This document shows positions 19,371 to 27,700 of a stretch of 29,639 bases of DNA, in pieces (the stretch's first letter is position 1; each line of letters starts with the position of its first letter). The notes beneath the pieces were generated by a model, which saw nothing but the letters and a program-made list of their open reading frames with translations, made no database searches and was not told where the DNA came from. The stretch lies in IMG/VR virus record IMGVR_UViG_3300030508_000019. One strand, written 5' to 3'. The translations under genes and the position numbers were made by a program. This DNA is from a virus.

Positions 19371-22277
19371 TTGTCTACTAACAAATCGCAATTCGCTAAT
19401 ATCCAATTAGGCGTTAAATTACTTTTTCAACCCCATCAACTCGTTGAATGTCGTGTTCGTCTCACCTCTGGTCCTTGGCGTGGATTTTATTTCACCGATC
19501 ATGGTCGCTTAGCGGATGTTGTAAATCAACTGGATCAAGACCCTCGTGTTACTTCAATTTATTATGTCATCAATCCAGTAAAAGCGAATCTATTAGTAGA
19601 AAGAGCGAAATGTACTTGTAAAATATGCGTTAAAGGTAAAGGTGGGTTATTAGTAGACAACCCCACAGACATTCAAGTTGAATCCATTTTAACTGGCCCC
19701 TCACAACATCTCACCGGAAATGAAGATGTAGATTCTCTTAATTGGTTATTTATAGATGTTGATACTGTACGTGCCAAGGGAATGGAGCATGAAAGCTCTA
19801 CCAAAAAAGAAAAAGCAGCAGCATGTGGTGTAGCGAAAAGTGTACTCGCTTTCTTGGATGAAAAACAATGGCCCAATCCTATATTTGGAGATTCCGGCAA
19901 CGGTTTCCATATTCTAGCAAAAATAAAAATGCTAAATATGATATCCAACACTCACATGTTGCTGGATTGCTTGAAAGTGTTATCAAAAAAATTCAATTGT
20001 GAGGCAGCCCATATCGATGACGCTGTATTCAATCCTGCTCGTTTAACTAGAGCCTATGGTAGTACTACGCGCAAGGGTACCAATACCCCTGAACGACTTT
20101 TCCGCTATAACAAACTTGTAGAACCCAGTAGTCCGATTGAAGAAGTCCCCCTGGAAAAAATCATTTCCTTAGGTAGCGAAATTCCAATATCCAGCCGTCG
20201 AACTAATGATATTCCTGAATTGGACCCTAAATTTGACCCTGCGGATTGGATCAAGTGGTACGAAGATCAAGGTGCTTTCTCTATTGAAGAAGAGCGTGAT
20301 ACCAGTGGATTACACATCATGGTTACCGATACCTGTTTAAATGCTGGGCATCGGCATACAGGGTCTACTTACAGCGGGTTTGTAGTAGGGGACAGCTTTG
20401 GTTATCACTGCTTCTCCGATGATTGTCCTGATGTCACTATCGGAACAATTTTTAAGATTTTACGAGAGACCTTGGATGAAAATGGCAAACAAAAATACAA
20501 GCCTTACCTGGGTCCTATTTTTAAAGATGATGGATTAGAAGAATTTATTTTGGAGTTCGCTGATGTTTTAGAAAAAACAGAAACATCTATCGAACAAGCT
20601 CAAGAAATTCAAATGGATAAAGTCATGGAAGATAGTCCATCCGATAAAGTGGAGGAAAAATCTACTACTCGTGATGCTTTGGATATAGAGTGTAACCAAC
20701 AAGCAACAGATCTTCTAAGCATTATATTACACCATCCCGCAGAAGTATGGGAAGATGGCTTTATTTTTTATGTTAAACGAGTAAAAGATAAATTAGGATT
20801 TAACAATAAAACACCAAAAAAAGTGGGGTTAGGTGAGGTGGGTGTGCCTACATTAGGAATGCCTATAGGTGACACCATGTCTATGCTATTAAAATTTATA
20901 GATGTTCATCAAAAACTTCCAGATAAAGAAGCTTTAACATACTTTATTCAAGTAAATGATGATCCTACGGTTAAAAATAACAAATTTAAGGATGAGGTTA
21001 TACATTTTGTTAATAACTTACCAGACCGTCCGATAAGTACTTTTGACCATACAGCACAACAATTCCTTAAAAAACTAGATTTACGCCATGAATATAAAGC
21101 ATGGCGTGCAGCTTACAATCATTTCTTATTTACCGAAGGTGATATACAAGGGGCGAGAAAAGCTTTAAGAAAACATTGGAATATAAGTACAGCACAGGAT
21201 ACAACCTTCGAACAAGGTTCTTGGCAGGAAAACACTGAATCTATCTTAGCTGATTTTGAACGCGATCTTAGAGGAGATGATGATAGCCGGAAAATGATGC
21301 TAGGTTTCCCAATTATTGATAATTCTGGAGCAAATATTGGTTTAGATGGAGATCGTTACATATGTCTATGTGGACCATCAAATAACCGAAAAACCACAGC
21401 TGTTCTTTCCATAGCACTTAATTTAGCTATACAAGGACACCATGGATTATTTTTTGCTGGTGAACACCAGAAACCTAAGCTTCTTAAAAAATTAACTCTT
21501 CAACTTTCTCATTTCTTTAGAGATGATGAAGAAATAGGTCATATCCCAGGATTAAATAATTGGGAAGGATTGAAACGAACCGCCACAGAAGAAGATTTTG
21601 GTCATGTTAAAACCTTACTAACTAAGCTCCGTCTAGGTAAAATTGTACCTGGGCATTTAGAACCTCAAAATATTGATGCTCTCTCTCGGGGAGATGACGA
21701 TAAGGTGGGGGCGTTACTTGCTTATGCAGAAGCTACATGGTCTAAGTATCAATGGACTTACATCGTAATTGACCCTATTGATACAGTTATGCCCGTAGGT
21801 GGAGATAGTAATCGTGATGGACAAAGTATCTGGGATCGTAAATCAGAAGTTATTGAAAGATTATTACGTTTTAGTCGTAATGCTTTTGGTGGAAGAGGTT
21901 GCGCAGTATTTATTACCGCCCAATATAAGTCAGATGCGGCTAGAGAAATTCAAGGGTTACAGGAAAAGAATGTAGGACCGGATAGGTTTGATGATGCTAT
22001 CGCATCTGTGTTACGTCGAGATAGCAACATTCAAACCCTCACTACTATCATTCAAAAATGTGATTTATGTATAGGTATTGCCACATTAACAAAAAATGGA
22101 GATGTGGGTTTGATGGTGAGAGGTAGAGATCGTGAGGGTGGTAGAGATTGGGAATTAGAGTTTGAAGTAGATAAAGATTCTAATTATATGATGCAATCGA
22201 AACGTGAACGATCTTATAAAGTAGCAGCAGCTGAATCTTCAGCTCCTGTACATTTGGAACAGGTGGATCAATTATGA
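19371..22277 (+). CDS. Primase-polymerase (AEP/prim-pol domain) fused to a RecA/DnaB-like (AAA_25-type) helicase domain (968 aa). TTG start
   Basis: The N-terminal half carries the AEP catalytic motifs (LFIDVDT acidic DxD motif; SGNGFHIL sGxGxH motif) and a Cys/His cluster (GYHCFSDDCPD). The C-terminal half has a P-loop-like CLCGPSNNRKTTAV and a Walker-B-like WTYIVIDPIDTV. GAGGAG SD lies 5 nt upstream of the TTG. No in-frame ATG until about codon 138. Confidence 0.7.
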   Translation: MSTNKSQFANIQLGVKLLFQPHQLVECRVRLTSGPWRGFYFTDHGRLADVVNQLDQDPRVTSIYYVINPVKANLLVERAKCTCKICVKGKGGLLVDNPTDIQVESILTGPSQHLTGNEDVDSLNWLFIDVDTVRAKGMEHESSTKKEKAAACGVAKSVLAFLDEKQWPNPIFGDSGNGFHILAKIKMLNMISNTHMLLDCLKVLSKKFNCEAAHIDDAVFNPARLTRAYGSTTRKGTNTPERLFRYNKLVEPSSPIEEVPLEKIISLGSEIPISSRRTNDIPELDPKFDPADWIKWYEDQGAFSIEEERDTSGLHIMVTDTCLNAGHRHTGSTYSGFVVGDSFGYHCFSDDCPDVTIGTIFKILRETLDENGKQKYKPYLGPIFKDDGLEEFILEFADVLEKTETSIEQAQEIQMDKVMEDSPSDKVEEKSTTRDALDIECNQQATDLLSIILHHPAEVWEDGFIFYVKRVKDKLGFNNKTPKKVGLGEVGVPTLGMPIGDTMSMLLKFIDVHQKLPDKEALTYFIQVNDDPTVKNNKFKDEVIHFVNNLPDRPISTFDHTAQQFLKKLDLRHEYKAWRAAYNHFLFTEGDIQGARKALRKHWNISTAQDTTFEQGSWQENTESILADFERDLRGDDDSRKMMLGFPIIDNSGANIGLDGDRYICLCGPSNNRKTTAVLSIALNLAIQGHHGLFFAGEHQKPKLLKKLTLQLSHFFRDDEEIGHIPGLNNWEGLKRTATEEDFGHVKTLLTKLRLGKIVPGHLEPQNIDALSRGDDDKVGALLAYAEATWSKYQWTYIVIDPIDTVMPVGGDSNRDGQSIWDRKSEVIERLLRFSRNAFGGRGCAVFITAQYKSDAAREIQGLQEKNVGPDRFDDAIASVLRRDSNIQTLTTIIQKCDLCIGIATLTKNGDVGLMVRGRDREGGRDWELEFEVDKDSNYMMQSKRERSYKVAAAESSAPVHLEQVDQL

Positions 22278-22840
22278 GTGAAATTTTGCCCGGATGGAGT
22301 TGGTTTAAATTCGATATAGATGGTTGGTTATCTAGTAAAGATGTCCAGTGTATGAATATGAATGATAGGGGAATGTATACCCATCTTCTAATTATTCAAG
22401 CACGCGATGGAAAACTTGATGCTGATCTTCGTCATCTTGCTAAACAGGCAAATGGTGTTGATTATAGATCGGTTAAAAGTTGGATGAAAAAATGGGGATA
22501 TCTCTTCCCTATTATTGGGCTAGACCCTGACTTAATGGTTGCGCAGGCGCAGCGTCCGTGCAGCGTCCACGCTGCGTCCCCGCAACCTACATGCAGCGTC
22601 TGCGTTGCGCCCGCGTTACCTCTACGCTGCTTCCCCGCTGCGTCCTGGATGCGTGGACGCAGCGCCCGCGTAAATCCCAAGCTATGGAATTTGCAAGTAA
22701 ATACGGGAAAATTTGCATCTCTGCCGATCATAGAGGAGAAGAGAGGAGAAGGGATACTAGAAGGAGAATTAGAAGGAGATAATACTGCCGTAGTATTAAC
22801 CTGTAAAAATAAATCTTTATCTAAAGGTGTAGGTAAATAA
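22274..22840 (+). CDS. Replication-associated protein with a DUF1376-like N-terminal domain. The coding sequence embeds an 11-bp iteron-like array and a polypurine tract
   Basis: ATGA overlap with the primase-helicase stop (translational coupling). The N-terminus FKFDIDGWLSSKDVQCMNMNDRGMYTHLLII fits the D-(Y/W)-L-x-(D/S)-T/S ... LS ... E/D-x-G-x-Y-x-x-LL pattern of phage DUF1376 replication proteins, recalled from memory. Downstream, the ORF reads through a GC-rich repeat that is open in all six frames, so its true C-terminus is uncertain. Confidence 0.45.
   Translation: MSEILPGWSWFKFDIDGWLSSKDVQCMNMNDRGMYTHLLIIQARDGKLDADLRHLAKQANGVDYRSVKSWMKKWGYLFPIIGLDPDLMVAQAQRPCSVHAASPQPTCSVCVAPALPLRCFPAASWMRGRSARVNPKLWNLQVNTGKFASLPIIEEKRGEGILEGELEGDNTAVVLTCKNKSLSKGVGK
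22539..22670. repeat. Twelve tandem 11-bp GC-rich units (consensus cWGCGTCCnCG). Iteron-like array, candidate replication origin
   Basis: Units read directly from the sequence are ttgcgcaggcg, cagcgtccgtg, cagcgtccacg, ctgcgtccccg, caacctacatg, cagcgtctgcg, ttgcgcccgcg, ttacctctacg, ctgcttccccg, ctgcgtcctgg, atgcgtggacg and cagcgcccgcg. The island is GC-rich within AT-rich flanks. It contains a 10-bp inverted repeat gcgtccacgc (22563-22572) / gcgtggacgc (22651-22660). Confidence 0.7.
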
Positions 22841-23566
22841 ATGTCATTAACAAATCCATACTGGTCTAAAATGACTAAAGAAGAATGGGATAATCTTGAA
22901 CCAAAACACCAAGAGGAAATGAGACATAATCATGATCGTGAATTAATGTCAATGTCAAAAAAGCGAAATAAGGTCTCAAATGCTCCTATAAAAATTAATC
23001 CAAATATTGCCGCCCAGAAAAGTGTTTCAGATAATAGTGATAATAGTACTAACCATCCTGTAACTATAGAATTACCAAAAACTAAATTGAAAGGATTACG
23101 AGACTGGGATGAACAAGTTGGAGAATTTTCCGCTGAAAGACTTCGTGATTGTATTATCTATCAATTAGATGTAAAGAAAAATTCTTGGTATATAAGAACT
23201 TTAACTACAGGGTTTGTTTTTAAGAACGCGGCCAAGCTTGATGCTGACACACCACCAGATTACAGATATGAAGTAGACCCACTATTTGGATCATTCACAT
23301 CTGGTGATCAAACCCATCCAAAAATACTTCGTATGCCGAAGAATAATGAAGAGCGTATGGAAATAAGAAATAGACACGGAGTAAATAACGGAACTATTCC
23401 CTTTCTCGTCAAATTGAACTGTGCTACATGTAAGGGGACTGGTACTTACGAAATATCTTCTTACCCAAACGCTAAAAGTAATATTATTAGACTTCATGAA
23501 AAAGTTATTTGTGATTGTGTGTATGGAAATTCCACAGACGATGGAAAATCTTCACCTTCCCCATAA
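22841..23566 (+). CDS. Hypothetical protein (241 aa) with a C-terminal CxxCxGxG-type zinc-finger motif
   Basis: ATG immediately follows the upstream stop. The motifs are NCATCKGTGTYE and a downstream CDC. Confidence 0.5.
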   Translation: MSLTNPYWSKMTKEEWDNLEPKHQEEMRHNHDRELMSMSKKRNKVSNAPIKINPNIAAQKSVSDNSDNSTNHPVTIELPKTKLKGLRDWDEQVGEFSAERLRDCIIYQLDVKKNSWYIRTLTTGFVFKNAAKLDADTPPDYRYEVDPLFGSFTSGDQTHPKILRMPKNNEERMEIRNRHGVNNGTIPFLVKLNCATCKGTGTYEISSYPNAKSNIIRLHEKVICDCVYGNSTDDGKSSPSP

Positions 23567-23667
23567 AAATTTTCTGTATCACTAGTGAAATTTTTTCCCA
23601 ATCCCCGAAGTATATATGACCGCTTCAGTATTAACACATAGAACATTCCTAAGAGAGAAAGTATTTC

Positions 23668-25584
23668 ATGGTAAGTAAATTTGAGTTATCGCCGTATTCT
23701 ACATTCATTCATAAATCCCGTTACGCCCGCTGGTTAGAAGAAAAAACTCGAAGAGAAAATTGGGATGAAACCGTAAATCGATATATTACTTATTTCGCTC
23801 ATCGTATTCCGAAATCCGATCGTGAAGCAACATCCGCTGAAATTGAGAAAGCTATTTTTCATATGGATGTCATGCCATCAATGCGAGCGATGATGACCGC
23901 AGGTCCCGCTCTGGACAAAGACAATGCTGCGGGTTTCAATTGTAGCTATTTAGCTGTAGATGATCCTCGTGCTTTTGATGAAGCAATGTACCTCAGTATG
24001 TGCGGTACAGGTGTAGGATTTTCTGTTGAACGTCAGTATGTAAATCAACTTCCTATTATTGCTGAAAATTTCTATCCAGTAGATACCTGTATTAAAGTGC
24101 GTGATTCTAAAATTGGCTGGTCGAATGCGTTCCGACAATTGCTTAGTCTACTTTATTCAGGCTCTATTCCCACATGGGATATGAGTGCTGTTCGCCCAGC
24201 AGGATCACTTTTAAAAACCATGGGGGGTAGGTCCAGTGGTCCCGAACCCTTAGATCGTCTTTTCAAATTCTCCGTTAATCTCTTCCAAAAAGCCGCGGGG
24301 CGTAAACTAAATTCTATTGAATGTCACGATTTGATGTGTATGGTCGCAGATATTGTAGTTGTTGGAGGGGTGCGACGTAGCGCTATGTTGTCTCTTTCCA
24401 ATCTCTCAGATGAGCGTATGCGTAACGCCAAAAACGGTCAATGGTGGGATGAGAAAAACCCTCAAGGGGCTCCCTGGCGTAGACTAGCAAACAATTCTGT
24501 AGCATACACAGAAAAACCAGAACCAGAAATTTTTATTCGAGAGTTTCTTACTTTGATAGAATCAAAATCTGGAGAGCGGGGAATTTTTAATCGAGTATCC
24601 GCCGTCAATAGCGCAAAGAAAACAGGTCGCCGGAAATGGGAAGGTATAAATTTTGGCTCAAATCCCTGTGGTGAAATAAATTTACGCCCTAACCAATTTT
24701 GTAACCTATCCGAAGTAGTTATAAGACCTCACGATACTAAAGCTACCATTAAACGTAAAGTTCGCATCGCTGTAATCATCGGCTGCTTACAATCTACTTT
24801 AACTGATTTCCGATATCTTCGCAAAGAGTGGCAAAAAAATACTGAAGAAGAGCGTTTATTAGGGGTGAGTCTCACAGGAATTATGGACAATGTGATGATG
24901 TCCACTAATGGCGCGGATCTAGCAAAACTATTAGATGAACTTCGTGAATACACAATCGAGGTCGCTACAGAGTGGGCTGGGAAGCTGGGTATAAACGTCC
25001 CTACGGCGATTACTTGCATCAAACCATCTGGAACAGTCTCCCAACTCGTAAACTGCTCCCCAGGCATCCATAGCCGTTACTCGCGTTGGATTAAACGAGG
25101 TACGCAAGAAGATGCTAAGAGTCCAGTAAACACTTTTTTGAAATCTATAGGTTGGTTGTATGAACCTGAATTGAACAAACCACAAGACTCTGATCTTTTC
25201 TTTTTCGCCTTAGAATCCCCAGATATTAGTATATGTAGGAATGATCGTAATGCTATCGAACAATTAGAAATTTACAAAACTTACAAACTTCATTGGACTG
25301 AACATAATCCTAGCTGCACTGTGTATGTAAGAGAATCTGAATGGACGGATGTATTGGCGTGGATTTACAAACATTTCGATATTATTGGTGGGGTTAGTTT
25401 TTTACCCTACGATAACGGAATTTACCGTCAGGCCCCATTCACTGAAATTACCGAAGCTGAGTATGTGAAATTGAAAGAAAAAGAACCGGTAATCGACTGG
25501 TCGAAATTACCAGATTTTGAAAAAGAAGACATGACTACAGCTTCCCATGAAATGGCCTGCTCCGCTGGCGGATGCGAAGCCTAG
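23668..25584 (+). CDS. Ribonucleotide reductase, single-chain, probably class II adenosylcobalamin-dependent (NrdJ-like), 638 aa
   Basis: Active-site finger-loop motif FGSNPCGEINL (class II NPCGEI; class I would be NxCxE with Leu). C-terminal Cys pair (CSAGGCEA). No NrdB-like small-subunit gene nearby. Confidence 0.7.
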   Translation: MVSKFELSPYSTFIHKSRYARWLEEKTRRENWDETVNRYITYFAHRIPKSDREATSAEIEKAIFHMDVMPSMRAMMTAGPALDKDNAAGFNCSYLAVDDPRAFDEAMYLSMCGTGVGFSVERQYVNQLPIIAENFYPVDTCIKVRDSKIGWSNAFRQLLSLLYSGSIPTWDMSAVRPAGSLLKTMGGRSSGPEPLDRLFKFSVNLFQKAAGRKLNSIECHDLMCMVADIVVVGGVRRSAMLSLSNLSDERMRNAKNGQWWDEKNPQGAPWRRLANNSVAYTEKPEPEIFIREFLTLIESKSGERGIFNRVSAVNSAKKTGRRKWEGINFGSNPCGEINLRPNQFCNLSEVVIRPHDTKATIKRKVRIAVIIGCLQSTLTDFRYLRKEWQKNTEEERLLGVSLTGIMDNVMMSTNGADLAKLLDELREYTIEVATEWAGKLGINVPTAITCIKPSGTVSQLVNCSPGIHSRYSRWIKRGTQEDAKSPVNTFLKSIGWLYEPELNKPQDSDLFFFALESPDISICRNDRNAIEQLEIYKTYKLHWTEHNPSCTVYVRESEWTDVLAWIYKHFDIIGGVSFLPYDNGIYRQAPFTEITEAEYVKLKEKEPVIDWSKLPDFEKEDMTTASHEMACSAGGCEA

Positions 25585-25612
25585 AAATTTCCAAAAATGA
25601 GTATTGTACAGT

Positions 25613-25891
25613 ATGGAAATACATCTAGAATTTAAAATTACTCTCGCTAGCGGGGAAATCGTTACTCAAGATATTCAACTCCCCGCTGATCCAAATTACC
25701 CCATCGACAAACAAATGAAAGCTCTCATGCAAACCATGATAAACCAATATTCTACCGTGGGTATGCTACGAGAAGTTGAACCTGGGGTTTACAGGTTGCT
25801 TTGCCATAGCCAAATATATTGGGTAGAATGTTCTTTACCGAAGATTGTTTTGGCAAATGCTACGGAAGTACCGCAGGTGACTCTTGAATGA
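25613..25891 (+). CDS. Hypothetical protein (92 aa from the ATG; TTG at 25604 possible)
   Basis: ORF directly downstream of the RNR gene. No SD and no recognised motif. Confidence 0.35.
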   Translation: MEIHLEFKITLASGEIVTQDIQLPADPNYPIDKQMKALMQTMINQYSTVGMLREVEPGVYRLLCHSQIYWVECSLPKIVLANATEVPQVTLE

Positions 25892-26237
25892 TTTCCTTTG
25901 GATTGAATGGAAGATAGTGATTTTATTGATAGCTTTTTTCTGGTTGTTTATGGCGATTCATGAACAAAAAGCTTTATCAAAACCTATAGCTGTTCAAAAT
26001 CCTTGGTGCGATGCCTCTCCAGTTGATGGGGCAGGAAAACCAGAAATTTGTGATCACCAATGAACGATTATTAAAGATTTTGCATACACAGGTGTAAAAT
26101 GCTGTTCCTTATGTCACGAAACGGGGTATGATATATCAGGACTGGAAGTTTGTATAGTTGACGGACAGCCAGTTTTATTGTGTTGTACATTACATGTATT
26201 TTTTTATCCGCTAAAAGAAGATGGGTCGAAAATTACC

Positions 26238-26268
26238 CCCGAAGAAAAACTTCTTCGGGCAATTTTTG
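26238..26268 (+). terminator. Rho-independent terminator. Stem cccgaagaa / ttcttcggg (9 bp, loop aaac) followed by caattttt
   Basis: Perfect 9-bp stem, 4-nt loop and T-run read from the sequence. It lies in a 440-bp low-coding gap. Confidence 0.5.
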
Positions 26269-26329
26269 GAGGACGACCTCACCTTCAAGCAAAATAAAGA
26301 CTACTGACCTTTTTCAGTAGGGGGACTTT

Positions 26330-26566
26330 ATGGATGAGATTGTTACTCCCGAAGCACAAATCGAAACGCTTCTTCAAATTCTCGCCGCTATATTGGATAA
26401 ACAAGGTGGGGAGATTGTTTTAAGCCGTAAAGACTTTGAAATGTACGAAGGTGCCCCTGTTGTTGTCCGACGCTTGTCCGGTGATTATGTCTTAATTCGC
26501 ATCGCTTACGAAGATGAAGTTGCGGAAACGGATGAGTTGGATATTCCAGAAACTCCTCAAACCTAA
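26330..26566 (+). CDS. Small acidic hypothetical protein (78 aa)
   Basis: ATG with an upstream GGGGGA. Acidic C-terminus (EDEVAETDELDIPETPQT). First ORF after the terminator. Confidence 0.45.
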   Translation: MDEIVTPEAQIETLLQILAAILDKQGGEIVLSRKDFEMYEGAPVVVRRLSGDYVLIRIAYEDEVAETDELDIPETPQT

Positions 26567-26657
26567 CAAAACAAAGAAGAAATCAAATTTAGCCATTTTC
26601 AGTGTTTCCGATGTATACTAGGAATATGAACGGAATTCACAGGGAGTGAGGATTTAA

Positions 26658-27152
26658 ATGAACGTAATTGAGTACTGCACAGAGGAAGTGCGTAGACAAG
26701 GGCATGATATTACTCTGCTTGACGGCATTCAGAGAGTTGGTTGGATGTTAGACGGTTGGACTTACGCTCTTGTTAACGTTTCCGATCGCATGCCTGATCT
26801 AGGTGATGCAATCAGTTTGGGTATGCTTGTGGAAGTTAAGAAGAATGTTAACGGACTGCGTAACTGTGACATCCGAGTAGGTGATTGTATATGCCCAAGA
26901 CCAGATGAACTTCGTCGGCTGCTTAACAGGCTGTTCGATCTCCGTGATAGTATGACACCAATCGAGTTTTACAAAGAGTTTGAGATGATTCATCCGTTTG
27001 TTGACGGTAATGGGCGAACGGGTAAGATTCTGTTCAACTGGTTAAATAGGACGTTATTTGATCCAATCTTTCCGCCGAACGACTTGTTTGGTTATGTTGT
27101 AGCTAAACTGCCAGACGGACAGCGCGTTGCTGCCGAATTACCGACCGCATAA
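26658..27152 (+). CDS. Fic/Doc-family (Fido) domain protein (164 aa)
   Basis: IHPFVDGNGRTGKILFNWL matches the Fic active-site motif HPFx(D/E)GNGRxxR, with the last Arg replaced by Lys. A strong SD (GGAGTGAGGA) precedes the ATG. Confidence 0.7.
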   Translation: MNVIEYCTEEVRRQGHDITLLDGIQRVGWMLDGWTYALVNVSDRMPDLGDAISLGMLVEVKKNVNGLRNCDIRVGDCICPRPDELRRLLNRLFDLRDSMTPIEFYKEFEMIHPFVDGNGRTGKILFNWLNRTLFDPIFPPNDLFGYVVAKLPDGQRVAAELPTA

Positions 27153-27166
27153 ATGAGGAGATTCCC

Positions 27167-27418
27167 ATGCTTGGAGATGCGACTTATTCCGAAAGAGAAA
27201 TAAAGCTGTTCGCCCATTTCAAAATGGCGGACATTGCCTACAACATCCAACCGCCCCTACTTTATACGATGCTGGCGTATAGAGCGTTCTTGACGAACGA
27301 TCAGACCGAGTATGCCTCCGCGTTGCGGCGGTGCCTTGAGGCTCTTGAAAGCTTTGAAAAAGACAAGGTTTATCGCTGCACCCCTGAGTGGGATGCGCTT
27401 ATTGGAGACTGCGAATAA
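27167..27418 (+). CDS. Hypothetical protein (83 aa)
   Basis: GAGGAG SD 6 nt upstream. Starts 14 nt after the Fic stop. Confidence 0.45.
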   Translation: MLGDATYSEREIKLFAHFKMADIAYNIQPPLLYTMLAYRAFLTNDQTEYASALRRCLEALESFEKDKVYRCTPEWDALIGDCE

Positions 27419-27678
27419 TGACAAATGCGGAATTTGTTGCTGCTCTCAGTGAAAAATTCGGTTGCGACTTTGAACTAAGCACTCACGGACGCAAGTTTAC
27501 TAGGGTCACCAAGTACGGCTCTGCTTATTGCTTCCTTGATGCAGACGGCAACATCTATAAGGCCGCCAGCTGGAATACTCCTGCCAAGGGAGTGCGCAGC
27601 ACACTTGCTAGTGTGGATATGACAGAAGTTGATGAGTACGGCTGCTGGCTCTACTGGCGGCGAAAAGAGAAAAAGTAA
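27418..27678 (+). CDS. Hypothetical protein (86 aa)
   Basis: TAATG overlap with the upstream ORF. The ATG at 27418 gives MTNAEFVAALSEK... Confidence 0.45.
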   Translation: MTNAEFVAALSEKFGCDFELSTHGRKFTRVTKYGSAYCFLDADGNIYKAASWNTPAKGVRSTLASVDMTEVDEYGCWLYWRRKEKK

Positions 27679-27700
27679 TCGGGCAGTACCGGAGCAACTA

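Noticed and set aside
22539-22670. Possible CRISPR array
   Set aside because: The repeat units are only 11 bp, are directly tandem with no spacers, and are degenerate. No cas genes are present.
22462-22782. Overlapping ORFs 22558..22782 (+) and 22462..22731 (-) across the GC-rich island
   Set aside because: All six frames are open because the 11-bp GC-rich repeat lacks AT-rich stop codons. This is an artefact of composition, not coding.
25985-26005. tRNA-like T-loop (GTTCAAAATCC) in the low-coding gap
   Set aside because: The flanks cannot form acceptor or T stems, and no cloverleaf is possible.
27388-27678. Longer 96-aa version of the ORF starting at 27388
   Set aside because: It would overlap the upstream gene by 30 nt. 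The ATG at 27418 forms a TAATG coupling junction, which is preferred.
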